Below, one piece after another: positions 42,501 to 55,600 of a stretch of 64,000 nt of DNA; the stretch's first letter is position 1; each line of letters begins with the position of its first letter. The DNA comes from Auanema rhodensis. Lineage: Eukaryota; Animalia; Nematoda. Both the position numbers and the translations under genes were made by a program. The stretch is from the NCBI GenBank assembly GCA_964057225.1, contig OZ059898.1:7626001-7690000 (forward strand). The letters are read 5' to 3'. The notes under the pieces were generated by a model. The model ran no database searches, was not told the DNA's origin, and saw nothing but the letters and a program-made list of their open reading frames with translations.

Positions 42501-45020
42501 GATTGTTAATCAAAACCTGAAACAGGTTGTAAGCTTATGAGGTTGGAAAAAAGCTAACCATGTTATTGCCACAGGAATTAGTACACTGTCCGTTAGATAC
42601 TGATGAACCAGATGGACATTGACAGCGTCCACCACTGCATTCAGAATTTCCCAAACATTGCTGATTGAAAGAGCATGAATTACCAATTTGAACAGTTGGA
42701 TAACACTGATTGTTAATCAAAACCTGAAAAAGGTTGTAAACTTATGAAGTTGGAAAAGAGCTAACCATATTATTGCCACAGGGATTAAAACACTGTCCGT
42801 TAGATAGTGATGAACCAGATGGACATTGACAACGTCCACCAATGCATTCAGAATTTCCCAAACATTGCTGATTGAAAGAGCATGAATTACCAATTTGAAC
42901 AGTTGGATAACACTGATTGTTAATCAAAACCTGAAACAGGTTGTAAGCTTATGAGGTTGGAAAAGAGCTAACCATATTATTGCCACAGGCATTAGTACAC
43001 TGTCCGTTAGATACTGATGAACCAGATGGACATTGACAACGTCCACCACTGCATTCAGAATTTCCCAAACATTGCTGATTGAAAGAGCATGAATTACCAA
43101 TTTGAACAGTTGGATAACACTGATTGTTAATCAAAACCTGAAAAAAGCTGCAAGCTTATAAGGTTGGAAAAGAGCTAACCATGTTGTTGCCACAGGCATT
43201 AGTACACTGTCCGTTAGATACTGATGAACCAGATGGACATTGACAACGTCCACCACTGCATTCAGAATTTCCCAAACATTGCTGATTGAAAGAGCATGAA
43301 TTACCAATTTGAACAGTTGGATAACACTGATTGTTAATAAAAACCTGAAAAAGGTTTTTTCCATTGATATCTAGAACTACATTTTTTTTATTTGAGTACC
43401 CTGTTGTGGTATTGATGAATGAAACATATTAATAAAGACAATACTTGTATGAATATAAATGTATACCTCATTTGAATTGCAATTGGTAGTTGTCTGGGAT
43501 ATACAGTAGCCATACAAAGCAATAGTTCTAGAAATAAGAAATAATTGAAGGATTATAACTATAATTTAGAAATAACCCTGTTTTGCATGCACAAATGAAG
43601 TTTTGGCACGAACTTCCGCCAACACATTGGGCATCAGCTACACATGATCCTCCAACAATTGAATAGATCAAGCATTCCCCGTTCAGAAAAATTTGAGTTC
43701 GCTGACAAGGTCCTCCTGTGTGAGATATGCAATATCCATTTACGTTATTCCTTAAGAGATCAAAATATATCAGAAAGAACGTCATATATAAAATTACATT
43801 TCGTTCCTACATGTACAAACTGAATTTATACATAATGAGTTATCAATGCATTGATTGTTGGAAACGCATTGAAATCCAGGAGCAGATAAAGAAAGACATT
43901 GGCCATTCACAGCAATCTAAGACACAATATTATTATATTAACTAATTAAGCTAAAAATGTACAGTTCCTATGTCGCAAGATTGTAGTTTCTTGCATACAC
44001 CGTTTACTACATTATGACTTGACGGACATTGACATTTGCCAGTCTAAATTATATAAATTAATGAAAAAACATTTTAAGTCTACTACAATGCATTGAGAAT
44101 CTTCTTCGCATTGAATAGTTGATTGGCAGAACCCTCCTAAAGGAACTATGCTGACACATACTTCATTAACAAGAACCTAATAACTAGAATATGTTATAAA
44201 GGCAGTAATTTTTTGATAATACCTGTCCAGCCAAGCAGGACGATTTGCATTCTGCTGAAAAAAATTGTTTTGTTTCATTCTTAATCAATAGGAATATAAT
44301 GTGTGAAAGTTTAAACAGTAAATGAATCAAAGATTGAAATTTCCAAAGATTTTGAGCTAAGTTCAATGAGGTACTATTTGATTCATTTGAACAGCTGGCG
44401 GGAGCATCATCATCTTTTTTTTTCACTTATGACATCAATTTTTTCACTATACATTAAAACTTTAAGCTATAGTGAAAATAAATGAATCATCAAAAATTAA
44501 AAAATAAAAGACATGATATCCTTAGAAGAATATAAACAAAAAACTTACATGCAACAGAATTTATGCAACAAATGTTTTGATTACATATAGATCCGGAGCT
44601 ACAATGGCTATTTAAAGTGCATGACGCGTATTGTCCAGTAGCTGTCAGGAAAGGAGATCCATTTGGGCATACTAAAAGTAGCTGTGATTAGATCAGAACT
44701 ACTTTTAACCGCTAACAAGTTGATGCTGTACTACAGCAGATATACTGAGCTTGTGAAGACGAATACTGACAAAATGCTCCGGGCTTTACCAATTCACAAA
44801 CACATCTATATAGTATAATTAAAATACTAAGTCAGTTCAATGCTTTAACCTGTCTTGTGGGTTGCATGTAATAATTTGATTATTGCGGAGCACCTGTTGT
44901 GTTTGAGGAGGACATTGAGCATGAGTTCCTGCAATAGATTTGCGTTATTAATTCAGATTGAAAAATATTACCTATATTAAGAAATAAAATCAGTAGCAAT
45001 GGGAGAAGTGGGGAAGTCAT
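39559..45020 (-). CDS. Secreted cysteine-rich EB-module repeat protein (nematode type)
   Basis: Signal peptide MTSPLLPLLLILFLNIGTHAQC, then repeated C-x6-G-xx-C-xxx-QC-xxx-S-x-C-xxxx-CxC modules. The last exon is GQFCSVTAQCTGSSTCEANSCRCPTNMRDYGDGICRT*. Confidence 0.85.
40279..43350 (-). repeat. Tandem array of 207-bp units (15 exons); each unit is a 165-nt phase-0 exon (55 aa) plus a 42-nt intron
   Basis: Exon 5' ends recur every 207 bp from 43344 down to 40446. A typical intron is gttagctcttttccaaccttataagcttgcagcttttttcag. Confidence 0.97.
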
Positions 45021-45371
45021 CGACGGAATGGTTCAGAGAATTTTTGCAAATTCAAAATGCTTCCCAATTTTAAAATGTGGTCGTATCATTCATCTTCATG
45101 CTGAATAGTATTGTTCAGTTGATATCACTTCATATGTTGACACAGCTGACGATATATACCGTTTCATCGTTTAGGCATACCGAATCTTCCTAGTTGAGAA
45201 ACAATGAATAAAAGCTGGAATCGATGAAACATTTAATTCAAAGTTCAATTTCCACAACGTTTTTGGCATATGATATGACACGCAATTCCTTCGTTACATA
45301 ACACTGCGGAAAACTGTAAATAAGCCGTTGCTATAACGAAATCTGATTCAATATCATCTTTATTAACAGGT

Positions 45372-48011
45372 CTATTTGTCATTCATCAAATTGTTAATTG
45401 ATTCAAACTCAGCTATGATTGGCAAGTGATCACTAGGGGCAAGTTTACTAGGTATTGCTTGATATTTAATTACTAAATTGTGACAGATCGGAGGTGCTAA
45501 GCGGTTCAGTTTGAAGCCATCAGTCCAAATATAATCCAAAACCCCCCGAAAACCTTTGAGATCCCCGTTAACAGAAAATTCAGTAAAATTTGTATAACCA
45601 TCAGAACGTATATGGTCAACGAGGGGGCTATCCACCAAATCTGGTAACAACTGGAAGTGATGAATTTGAGACATACTTTATCAGTAGCATTACCTTCATT
45701 TGTTTAGGAACAATTTCAGCATCATTCTTCCAACAGTTATCATCAGCAGAAAGAAAACCCTACAACTAACCATATTTATAATTTTGAATATAGAATACCT
45801 TTTCCAGTAGCGTATACACAGGCCCATCCGGTAAACTATTGAAATCGCCAGCAAAAATAACTTTAGGTTTCTGTGGGAATTTTTCAGCAATACTTAATAT
45901 ATAAAATACAGAAATAAGAAAAGAGCTATTACTTGTAAAGCTTCCGTACAGCTATTATAGCTTGAAATGCCTTTATATGTTCATCAGTGGGTTTAAAATG
46001 AAGATGTGTAGTTCCACATACTATAATCTCTTTCGATTTTATATTTTCTAAAACAACGATCTGAAACAAAAAATAAAAAACTTGGCAAACTATTTTATAT
46101 AAATTAACCTGCAAAGTTGTTGGCCTAGTGCAAAAAATATCATAAGAAGCTTTACTAGTCTCTAGCACATCCAACACATCCTTATTCTCATCAAGGAGAT
46201 TAGCTAGGCAAAAGCTCCAATGTTCTACTTTTCTAATAAAGAGTTAATAAATGATAGCGTTTCACTTACCGGAAAATATTTCTCTTATAAGCTATAGCAG
46301 TACCTTCTCCTACATAACTATTTTCAGCCTTTTTTCTTTTCTTTTCGAATATAAAATTAATGTTCATGCTTTCAAAAATGGGCAAAAGAAATCGTTTTTC
46401 CATTACTTCATCTACTTCCTGCATGAAATAAATATCAGCATCGTATCCTTAAATAATGCAGAAAACAAACTATTGAGCAAGTCTTCCATCAATACCTCGA
46501 AGCTCACGAAGCAGCAAAGCATATCGATATTCAGGATTTTGATATTCTACCTCACAATATGGAAAATAAAGTTGGCCCTTTGGTACATTAAATTTGAGAT
46601 ATAAATTAGCCAAAATATTATAAGTTACAATACGTAGGCTATAAAAATAAAAATAGAGTGAGAATAAAATCTTATATTTACCCATGCTTTTTAGCGGAAG
46701 ACCATAGTAACCTATCTTCGTAAAGAGGTCGCTCAGGAAGAGATTGAATAATATCAGAAATTAATCCGCACCTGTAAGTTATATGGATTGGGATATTAGA
46801 ATAATCTCCAATAATTTTGAAAAATCAGATTGTTATACACACGCATTTACACGTAAAATTCTAATTAGATATACGCCCCTAATTGAAAAAAACAAACAAA
46901 TAAGTTGCATCGCTACAACTCATATAAGTGACTTTTTAGTATAAAAATATTCAAAACTTCAATGAGAAATAAATACCTCACAACACTATCAGCACCGGAA
47001 TCACAAATAAAAATAATTTGTTTACCAACATCTTTCTCTTCTGGGACAAAGAATAAGCCTTTGCTTCGAAACTCGAAATTTGAAACTTTAAAAGTTCTAC
47101 TTATTTCTGTAAAATGTGTTAAATTCATAACGTTCATTCAGTATACTCACCATTTTCGAGACATATATCATTGGGTGGCACCAGCACAACATCACGAGCA
47201 TTTTGTGATTTTTTCTTTATATCATTTTTTATGAAAACAGGATCTCCCACAAACCAATGAAGTTCGGGGAAAACTTGAAGACGCTCACCTTCAAAAAAAA
47301 ATAATTTATATTCCTGAAAAGAAAAATGCACCATTTCTACTTTCCATTGTAGGTACAAGTGGGCATCCAACAATTGGTAGTAAACGTGTTGATGAAACCA
47401 TTAGTGAAATATCAAGAGGATTTCTTATTATCCTATAGCGTATACCCGCAATCTCAATGGCCTCGTTGTTCTTAACAATATCTCCTACAGTCTACATATA
47501 TCTGAGTAAAAATAATATTTCTTCGAATACTACCGAATCAGACATCTTTCCGGCACTGACTTCAATATTGTGAAACAAAGAAGCATCAAATGTCTGCCCC
47601 AATTTAACTTCCGGAAACTTAATTTGAATGAGTTTACGTTGTACCTATTTTATGCACATTAATAATTTCTATTTATCATCTTTGTTTTACCTTTGTAACA
47701 AAATCGTCAAATGATGCTTCGGTTGAGCATTTTAATGACGATGGAAAACATATATTTTTGTGTTGTACCCCAAAAAGAAAACTTAGAAATCTAAATTGAT
47801 TCGTTTTCCATAGATACTATTGAAAAACTAACTCTTTGCCTGAAACATTGCCTTCATTCCAAACTAATAAGGAGGCGGCTGGCAGAATATATGGAGAGAA
47901 ACTATAACACTCTCTTAATCATAAATTTTACAACCTAATTACAAACCTCATTTTTAAATTGTTCATACTTCGATTTGTAATAACCCATGATAACTTGCTT
48001 CCGATATCCAT
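45372..48011 (-). CDS. PDE12: 2',5'-phosphodiesterase 12 / CCR4-Angel-family EEP nuclease, multi-exon
   Basis: LRIVTYNILANLY, YFPYC...YRYALLLREL, IFMQEVD, THLHFKP, FAGDFNSLP, YTNFT, FRGVLDYIW, PSDHLPII. The N-terminal extension with VGCPLVP fits PDE12. TTTTGCAG lies 2 nt before the ATG. Confidence 0.82.
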
Positions 48012-48163
48012 TTCTGCAAAATAGTAAGAAACTGAACTTTCAAAAAATAATTTTAATCCGAGAACGAACAATATAATAACTAAAGCTATGGTTACAGACT
48101 AAAAACGAACTAGTAATTGATCACAATGAAAAACCCGAAAACTATTGGAGAACACAAAAGTAT

Positions 48164-50389
48164 TTAGACTTGTTTTCTCGTATGAATAATGTATTCCTCT
48201 GCTAATAATCGGTAATAGAAATATCCTAAGCAAAGGAGAAATGAGATGCAACTGTATAAGGCGTTCATTAAAATGAATATATGAGGATATCTCTCTGGTG
48301 GAACCAAAACCCACTCAGCGATACAGACCAAGTATCCTAAGAATATATAGAGAAAACTCAACAACAAATTCTGAAAATGAAAATTTGTAATAATTGATCT
48401 GACAACGCTAGACAAACCCATGTATTATAAGATTGTTTAACTGAAATAATACTGAAGATTGAATAACTGGCAAAAAGAACCAAGAGAAAAGGGTTTCCAT
48501 CTTTGACGCAGAGAGGGAATAAACTGAAAGATAAGTATACAAGATTATACTGGATATTAACTACCTTGTACAACTAATTTGAAGAAACACTAAGATTTCC
48601 AAAGGATATTCAGGCAGAAGAAGTAACCCAGCACTTAGATATATATATATGTATATTCATAAACCATATTTTTTAAAGCCAACTTACATTGCCGGTAATA
48701 GAATGGATTTCTCATGAACTTGAAACGAAAACAAGAAAAAGCACAACGACGTTGTGAATAAAGAAATTCGAAAATTTTTCAGACTTGAGCGGAAAAATAG
48801 AACAATCAGTCCTGGAGATGAAGCCAAAAGAACACAGGCAGTACTTAATGAAGCATTTAAGTAAAAAGCAATTTTTGGGAAACTCAAAGTCAAGATTTAA
48901 AAAAAAAAAATACCTTAATTTGATTTGCTCATCTTGAGATAACCAGTTATTTAGTTTTAAAATAAACGAAAACGAACACCAAACACTAGCTACTTTATCC
49001 TGAAGAATAGCATAGTCATTTTTCCAATTTATTTTCCTCTAACCTCGTAAAGACCTCTGTAGAAAGGAAAAATCCTCTTCAGAAGTTGAAAAACTTGGTC
49101 GGCACCATGAATCAGAAATGGAAGCCATAGAATCGCAAATGTTGCGATAACAACAATTCCCACCTTGGTAATAGAGACAAAGCTAAGAGATTAATCGTTA
49201 CTACTATTGCTATATGAATTACTCACGACTCTGAAACTCTGCTAAGCAACGGTCGTTTCAAGCAACGAGCTAAAATAAATACAAAAATAGGTAAAGAATG
49301 ATACAATTCCATCTGCTTATAATTAAGTGCCAACACGAACATCACCTACAATACCTATTTACATATGTTTTATTGAATGATTCAAACCGATCCTATGAGT
49401 GTTCTATCCCGATGAAAGCTGACAATAGCGAATAAGAATAAACCCAATGATATACTGTTATATCTAAACATAACGTTTCTGAAGTAAGAAGATAAACAGC
49501 TTACTGAAAATGGGCACAGTCCATAGCCAAAAGTCCAGGATAAAGACATGCTAGAGCAAAAAATAAGTTCTAAATGTAGAATTTCCATTATAAATTTTTT
49601 TTTTCGACCCACCTTTGACATAAACTTTTTTGAAATTAGTTTACTGAATAAGAAAACAGAAGTAACATACATTGCTATATAAGGCAAAATGGCTGTAATT
49701 CTCATAAATAATTTATGATCAGGTGATTCAATTCCCCTCGATGAAAACAATGCAACCCAAGATGGATCAATTTTATCAGCTCTAGAAACAGAAGATACGT
49801 AAACAATAATAGAGTATAATCATACACGAAACCCATAAGGTAACTGTGATAAGCTGTTAAAGGTGGGTAGTCCAAACCCCAATATAATAAGTCGTTCCGT
49901 GAAGTATTGAAATACCTTAAACAAAATAAACAATTGTTCTTTAATACCAATTAAATACCATTCAGTTATGGGAAGATGAAAAGTGATTTCCATCCAATGT
50001 CTTTGAGCTTCAAAATCTCCAAACATAGGAGCTGCTCCTTGCCCTGGGACAGACAAGTTATGATCAATTGTATTAGATATCTTTACCAGAATAACTACCC
50101 GCACTCAATACTGCTTGTAAGCATAATAACATACTAAGTACAGATATTATTACTAACCAATCCAATCCATTTTCCACTTCATTAGTCTTCGAAAGAAACT
50201 GAAAACTAAGTCAGTTTCTAATCAGTTTTCCCAAAGTATATTTAAAAAATGTTTTTCAAAAATGTTGGTTGTCTAAAAACTTACCTTGTTTAAATCATCG
50301 GGCTTTTTTTCTGATTTGCTCTTAGGAATAGGATTGAATTTATACACTGGGGTTTTATTAAGTCGAGGATTCCATTTATTCATTAACAT
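48164..50389 (-). CDS. ALG6: Dolichyl-PP-Man9GlcNAc2 alpha-1,3-glucosyltransferase ALG6, multi-exon
   Basis: [124 protein letters not shown]. Confidence 0.95.
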
Positions 50390-50742
50390 ATCTCCTGTAA
50401 AATAGTGAATGTAGAGTTAATGGTTTTAAGTATCATTCTTTGCTGATTTCAATAGAGCCTTATATGAATTGAATTTTATTTCACATACTTCAAGATACAA
50501 TTAATTTAAAATGGAAAAATCTCAGTCTCAGCCACGTTTCACAACAGATTTTATACTGTAAATTTAATTTTTACGTACGCGATTATGCGTTTTATCAAGG
50601 CGCAAAATATTATTTTCAAACAGAGGCAAACATGATGTAGTACTGTGGGAAGAATGCGAGATAATAGCAGTGCTTCTCCTCCAGTTTGATTTGAAACTGT
50701 GATTTATTTCTTTAAGTTTAGCTGATTTTTCAGAACCTTGAA

Positions 50743-51965
50743 ATGGCAATGACTATGGGAAAAACACCGACTCTTATCAACTATTTCTCCTCTCCTGCTT
50801 CTACATCTCGTAGCAAATCCAAATCTTTCACTTTACCTCGGAAGGCTTTATTTGACTTGAATAGTCCTGAGCCTTCTCCAAGTAAGATCTTCATTTTCTA
50901 CTATTTTTTCTTTTTTCTTTATTTCTTTATCAATTCTTGTTTAGAGCGTAAGAAACTTTCATTAGATAGCAAAGACTCTCGGCAAATGATTCTAGATGCT
51001 GGCCAAAAAAGAACTGGGTGTATATCATGTAAAGAGGTTTGTCGTATCGTTATATTTCGACTCTGTTTGTAATTGTATTTGTAGTGTGGAATGTTTTTTT
51101 CCGAAAATAATGCAGAAGATGTTAAAAAACATGATAAGTACCACAATCGAGCCAAAAATTTGAATCTGTTTATGCTACCATCTAATAAAGTTGACAAATT
51201 AAAACAGTACGTGCTGTTAAAACAGTATAATAGAGATTGCCCAATATTTCCCTTCTTTTCAGGACAATGTTTTGTGTACAAGCTTCTCCAGATAGAACAT
51301 TTTTTCCAATAGAATCAGATTCTAAAGTTTTTGTTGATAAAGTTACCTCTATTATAGATGTAATCCAAAACTTAATCTTGTTTATAGGAAAGTTATGTAA
51401 TTTCAGGATGTGGTGAACAAAGAGTTAGGCTTTCCAATTGATATTTCGGTTTTCGGGAGAGATAATCGATGCGTAGTATGGATCTGTGTCTCTCAAAAAG
51501 TAGGAAGCGCGTCTAATGTTTCTTTTGATATATGAATCTTTAGGATAGCAAATACTTCATTTCGTGTGTGTTAGTCTCAGAAATTCTAGACAAAGCATAC
51601 TGGTGTGATTCTCATGAGGTACAAACCTCTCTCTAGTTTAAAATTTCTCGTTGTTTAGATGTTTAGTAATGGTCCAATTTTTGGAATTAATCGTGTTTGG
51701 ACACATTCTAGTGCGCGAAAGAAAGGTATCGCTAGCTCGTTGATAAGAACAGTAATGAAATTAAGAAGCTGTAAAATGTAATTTTCAATAGATATGCATA
51801 TATATTTATTCATTTTTGTAGGTTTGCTATAAGTGAGCCAACAGAGGCAGGAAAAAAATTAGCTTTAAGTTTAACAAGGTAATTTTTAATTCGCTGTTTC
51901 GCAGTTTATGAATTTAATTTAGTGATGAAAAGGAAAGATATTTAATATATTCTGTACGGAAGTGA
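50743..51965 (+). CDS. ESCO: Cohesin acetyltransferase Eco1/ESCO, compact form
   Basis: PIP-like TLINYF, QMILDAGQK plus C2H2 finger CKECGMFF..EDVKKHDKYH, VVNKELGF, GINRVWTHSSARKKGIASSL, FAISEPTEAGKKLA. Confidence 0.9.
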
Positions 51966-52645
51966 AATTAAACAGGTGATTAGTCACAATTTTGAATTAT
52001 GGTCGTAAATTGGAGGTTTTATGATTGAAACATGCTTTTATGTCCAATTTTAGTATAATTCTTTTGTAATCAAGAATTAAGTTTGTGATTTTTGCTTTTG
52101 AAATTTCTTTTACGAAAGAATCGACAATTTTGTTTTCCTTTTATTGCCTTTATACTTTACCTGATCTCTTTAAACATAAATTATACATCTGTTATATTGA
52201 TGAAATTAAATGAATGATTTTTATCCAATTGTTTTTGAAAGTTCATGCTAAAGATCGTTTTTATCTTATTGAATTAGGAGAACAATCTAATTTGTTTTGA
52301 GTTAACTGAATGAAATTCATAATAAATGAAAAGTAATAAATGTTTATTGGTTATTCCTGGAAAAATATCTATCTATATGTATATATAAATTTCTGGTTGT
52401 ACCTAGATAATTAAAATTTTAATCTAATTGTTCGCCAAAGATTGTCGAGATCGAAGAAATAAATCGTAATAAAATACAATTTTGCTTTTATGATATGGGA
52501 TATATTAAAACCCGAATGATTAGATATTATGCTCTACCAATAATGAATAGCATACAAGAAAATGTAGACGGTAACGATACGATACAATCATATACATATT
52601 ACTCATTCATGGAAAAAGAATGATATGTTCGTTGTAGGATTTTCA

Positions 52646-55600
52646 TTACAGCTGTTCACCGAGTTCAAGACCTCTCACCTTTAGTAACGTTTCGTTCTTC
52701 AACCCGCTGGACGACGTTGTGCGAGACGCCTGTAAAGCAGAGTAAATTAAAGATAAAAGCATATTTTTAATTTTTGTGTGGTTAATGTGCCAACTGATAA
52801 AACTCTCAAAATAAAAAAAGAGTATACTATAAATTAAAATGTTAATAAAAAAAAATGATTCTTTTTCAACTTTTTAAATCATATTAGTGTGTTTCTATAG
52901 AATAAAATGTTTAAACAGTGTTACCACTTCATTACTATAATAAGATAAATTTTGCTATTCACCACAAGTGATCGTGCGAGTTATCAGGCAAAGAAAATAA
53001 TAAAATTCTAATTTTCTAACAGTACAACTTTGTAGTCTTCTCACGCGGTTGTGCAGTGCAGCAATAACCGAGACCTTGTACTACCTTTATTTCCAGCATA
53101 TGTTTGTTGATAGATTATTAATGTAACTGTATCTAGATCATTACATGACTTTGTCCAGAAACTGGCAAGTGCGAGTGCGTCTTCACGTTACCATCAGAAG
53201 CTTTGGAGTTTGAGCGAAATGGCGACGTCAATACACGGCGGAACTGTCGATTAAAGGCCAAAGTAACAAGGCTGAAAATAATAATAATTATTAAATTAGA
53301 AAAGAAGTATAAATCAACATAGGTATTCAAGCGCTATCACAACTCACAATAACGTTTCGACTAAGTTACTTTTGGTGGAGCACACACAAACTTTTCAAAG
53401 TCATTTTAAGTTCTCTTGATAATGCGTGCTTAGAAAAATAAATGCCTTTGTAAGCGAATTAGCAGCGCGCCTGGCTGACTCTAAAGTCCCACAATCAATT
53501 ATTTCCTTTCAGATATATTTATAAACAGAGTTTTCAAGTAAATTTATAAAATTACTCTTGAATAGTAGTTTAGTTTATCTACAAATTTATGTAATTGTCT
53601 ATAATATGAGCATATACATACATATATACATACATATTTACATGAACATATATGATATAAATAGCTAGAATCTCATTACATTTTCGTAATCAGGTAATGT
53701 TCTAGAGAATTTACTGAAACGCCAAAAAAAAGTCCGACAACTCCATTTTAGTGTGGATATACGTTAAAATCAGATGAGTACTTGATGAGTAATTCAATGA
53801 CCAATTCAATAAAGACTAACCGCATCTGGCTACTCTACCCTTAGTTTAGCAATTAATTTTAGAAAAAAGAAAAAGCCAAAGGATCGAAAAGCTTTTGCAT
53901 CTAATTTTTCATGTCAGAAGCTTTATATAATCTTTCTTTTTTAATCCAAAAAAAAAATCGTTAAGCACTGCATTCCTTTATTCCCATTAAAAATGGCGTT
54001 GTTAAGTAATATACATATTTTAAATAATTTTGAAAAAATATTGTAATACATACCCGTCTAATGTATGTACCGATATCCATGCATAAGTAGTCAATAAGAA
54101 ATTAGGCCAACGATTTGAATCTGTTTTAATTGTTGCATCATTTACAGGAAAAGCTACTGCGACATAAAAGTATGTGATTAACTCAATAGCATATATTATT
54201 CCTTGTAAAGTAACCTAAAATGTTAAAAGTTTATTAAGTTTATCTAAAACTATGCTAAACCTGTTGAATGAATGTTCGTTCAACAGCCCTTCGTTTCATT
54301 TGCTGTATAGATTCATACGTGCTCTGTCCTTGGATCTGAAATTCATTGATAATTAATTGAATTTATTTCTTTGTTTGCAATGTATATTTAAGCGGAAAAG
54401 AATGAAAATTAAAGATTCTACTTGAGAGTTTTGTTATGAAGAGTTGTAAGAAGAAGAATTAGCTAATAGTCTTTTCAAAAACAGTTTTTACTTACTCTTT
54501 TCTTATTATTTACAAAGTGCATACGAGTAAACGTCATAGCATTCACTACAGCAAATATAGCTATTAGAATCAATCCTCTCCAAAATTCAGCATAATGTAC
54601 ATAAATCAGATCACAACGATCTAACTGATAATCTAACATCCATCGTGGAATTGAAAATCCCATTAAACAATCAACTTGAAAATGAAAAATAAGTTAATCT
54701 ATGTAATAAATGAAAATGAACCTGCTACTAAAAACCAAGAGAAGGAAAAACTAAACAGAACTGTGAATATAACTAGACCATTTGTAAACCGATCCGTGAA
54801 AATTGCTGAATAATGGGTGGGAAAATACAAAGAGATGAATCTTAAATAAAGAAAACATGATAATTATTGATTTAAGGCTTTGTTACCGATTAATAGAAAT
54901 GATTAGATGGCTATATATAGAAATATCATAGCATATCAGGCAAACTTGAGCGAAACGACTTGCAATTGCTAAATCTTGCAATGGACGAATATCACTGAAA
55001 TATTAAGCACAACTATATAAGTTTCTTTATTTTTCCCTCATTTCACATCACCATAATATCTAATTCATGAAATCTATATTCAGAAATAATTTTCTGTTCT
55101 CGGTGATTCCTGAATTTTGCATTTTACTGCGCAAATCGTGGCGGTGAAAAAGTAATAGCCATAGAAAGCCTATTCAGCTATCAGGAAGCTAAGATTTACA
55201 TCTCATCATTCAGAATGATCTCTAAGTAACACTCATCGAGGTCGTTACCCAAATAGATATCAACGAATAGAAGATGTATATGTATAACATCATTTAATAA
55301 GCAGACGTAGTGTCCACAACACAGAATATGTCCTTCGACATATGGGTGGGTGAGATGGTAAAGCTTTTAACGAGATTAAGCTCTGAATAATAGAGATTTT
55401 GCTCTGTGCGTAGATGGAAGACGTCGAACCTCGTGCCACATGACACAAGAGTACTAATCAGATTCAGACTCAGCTTTAAACGCGTTTCAGCATGCCCTAT
55501 GACTGGCATGACATGGTTTCAGCTTTCATTGCCTTAGGCAATCACAATAACTATTACTTATATCAGACGTTCACATCATGTTGCAATGAAAAGATGACAA

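Noticed and set aside
40465-43134. Thirteen separate 61-aa small genes in the ORF track
   Set aside because: They begin at TTG inside exons and end in introns. Splice sites show they are exons of one gene.
52660-52675. Pol III B-box-like GAGTTCAAGACC suggesting a tRNA or SINE
   Set aside because: There is no A-box or cloverleaf, and the sequence is better explained as a minus-strand exon of the Srx gene.
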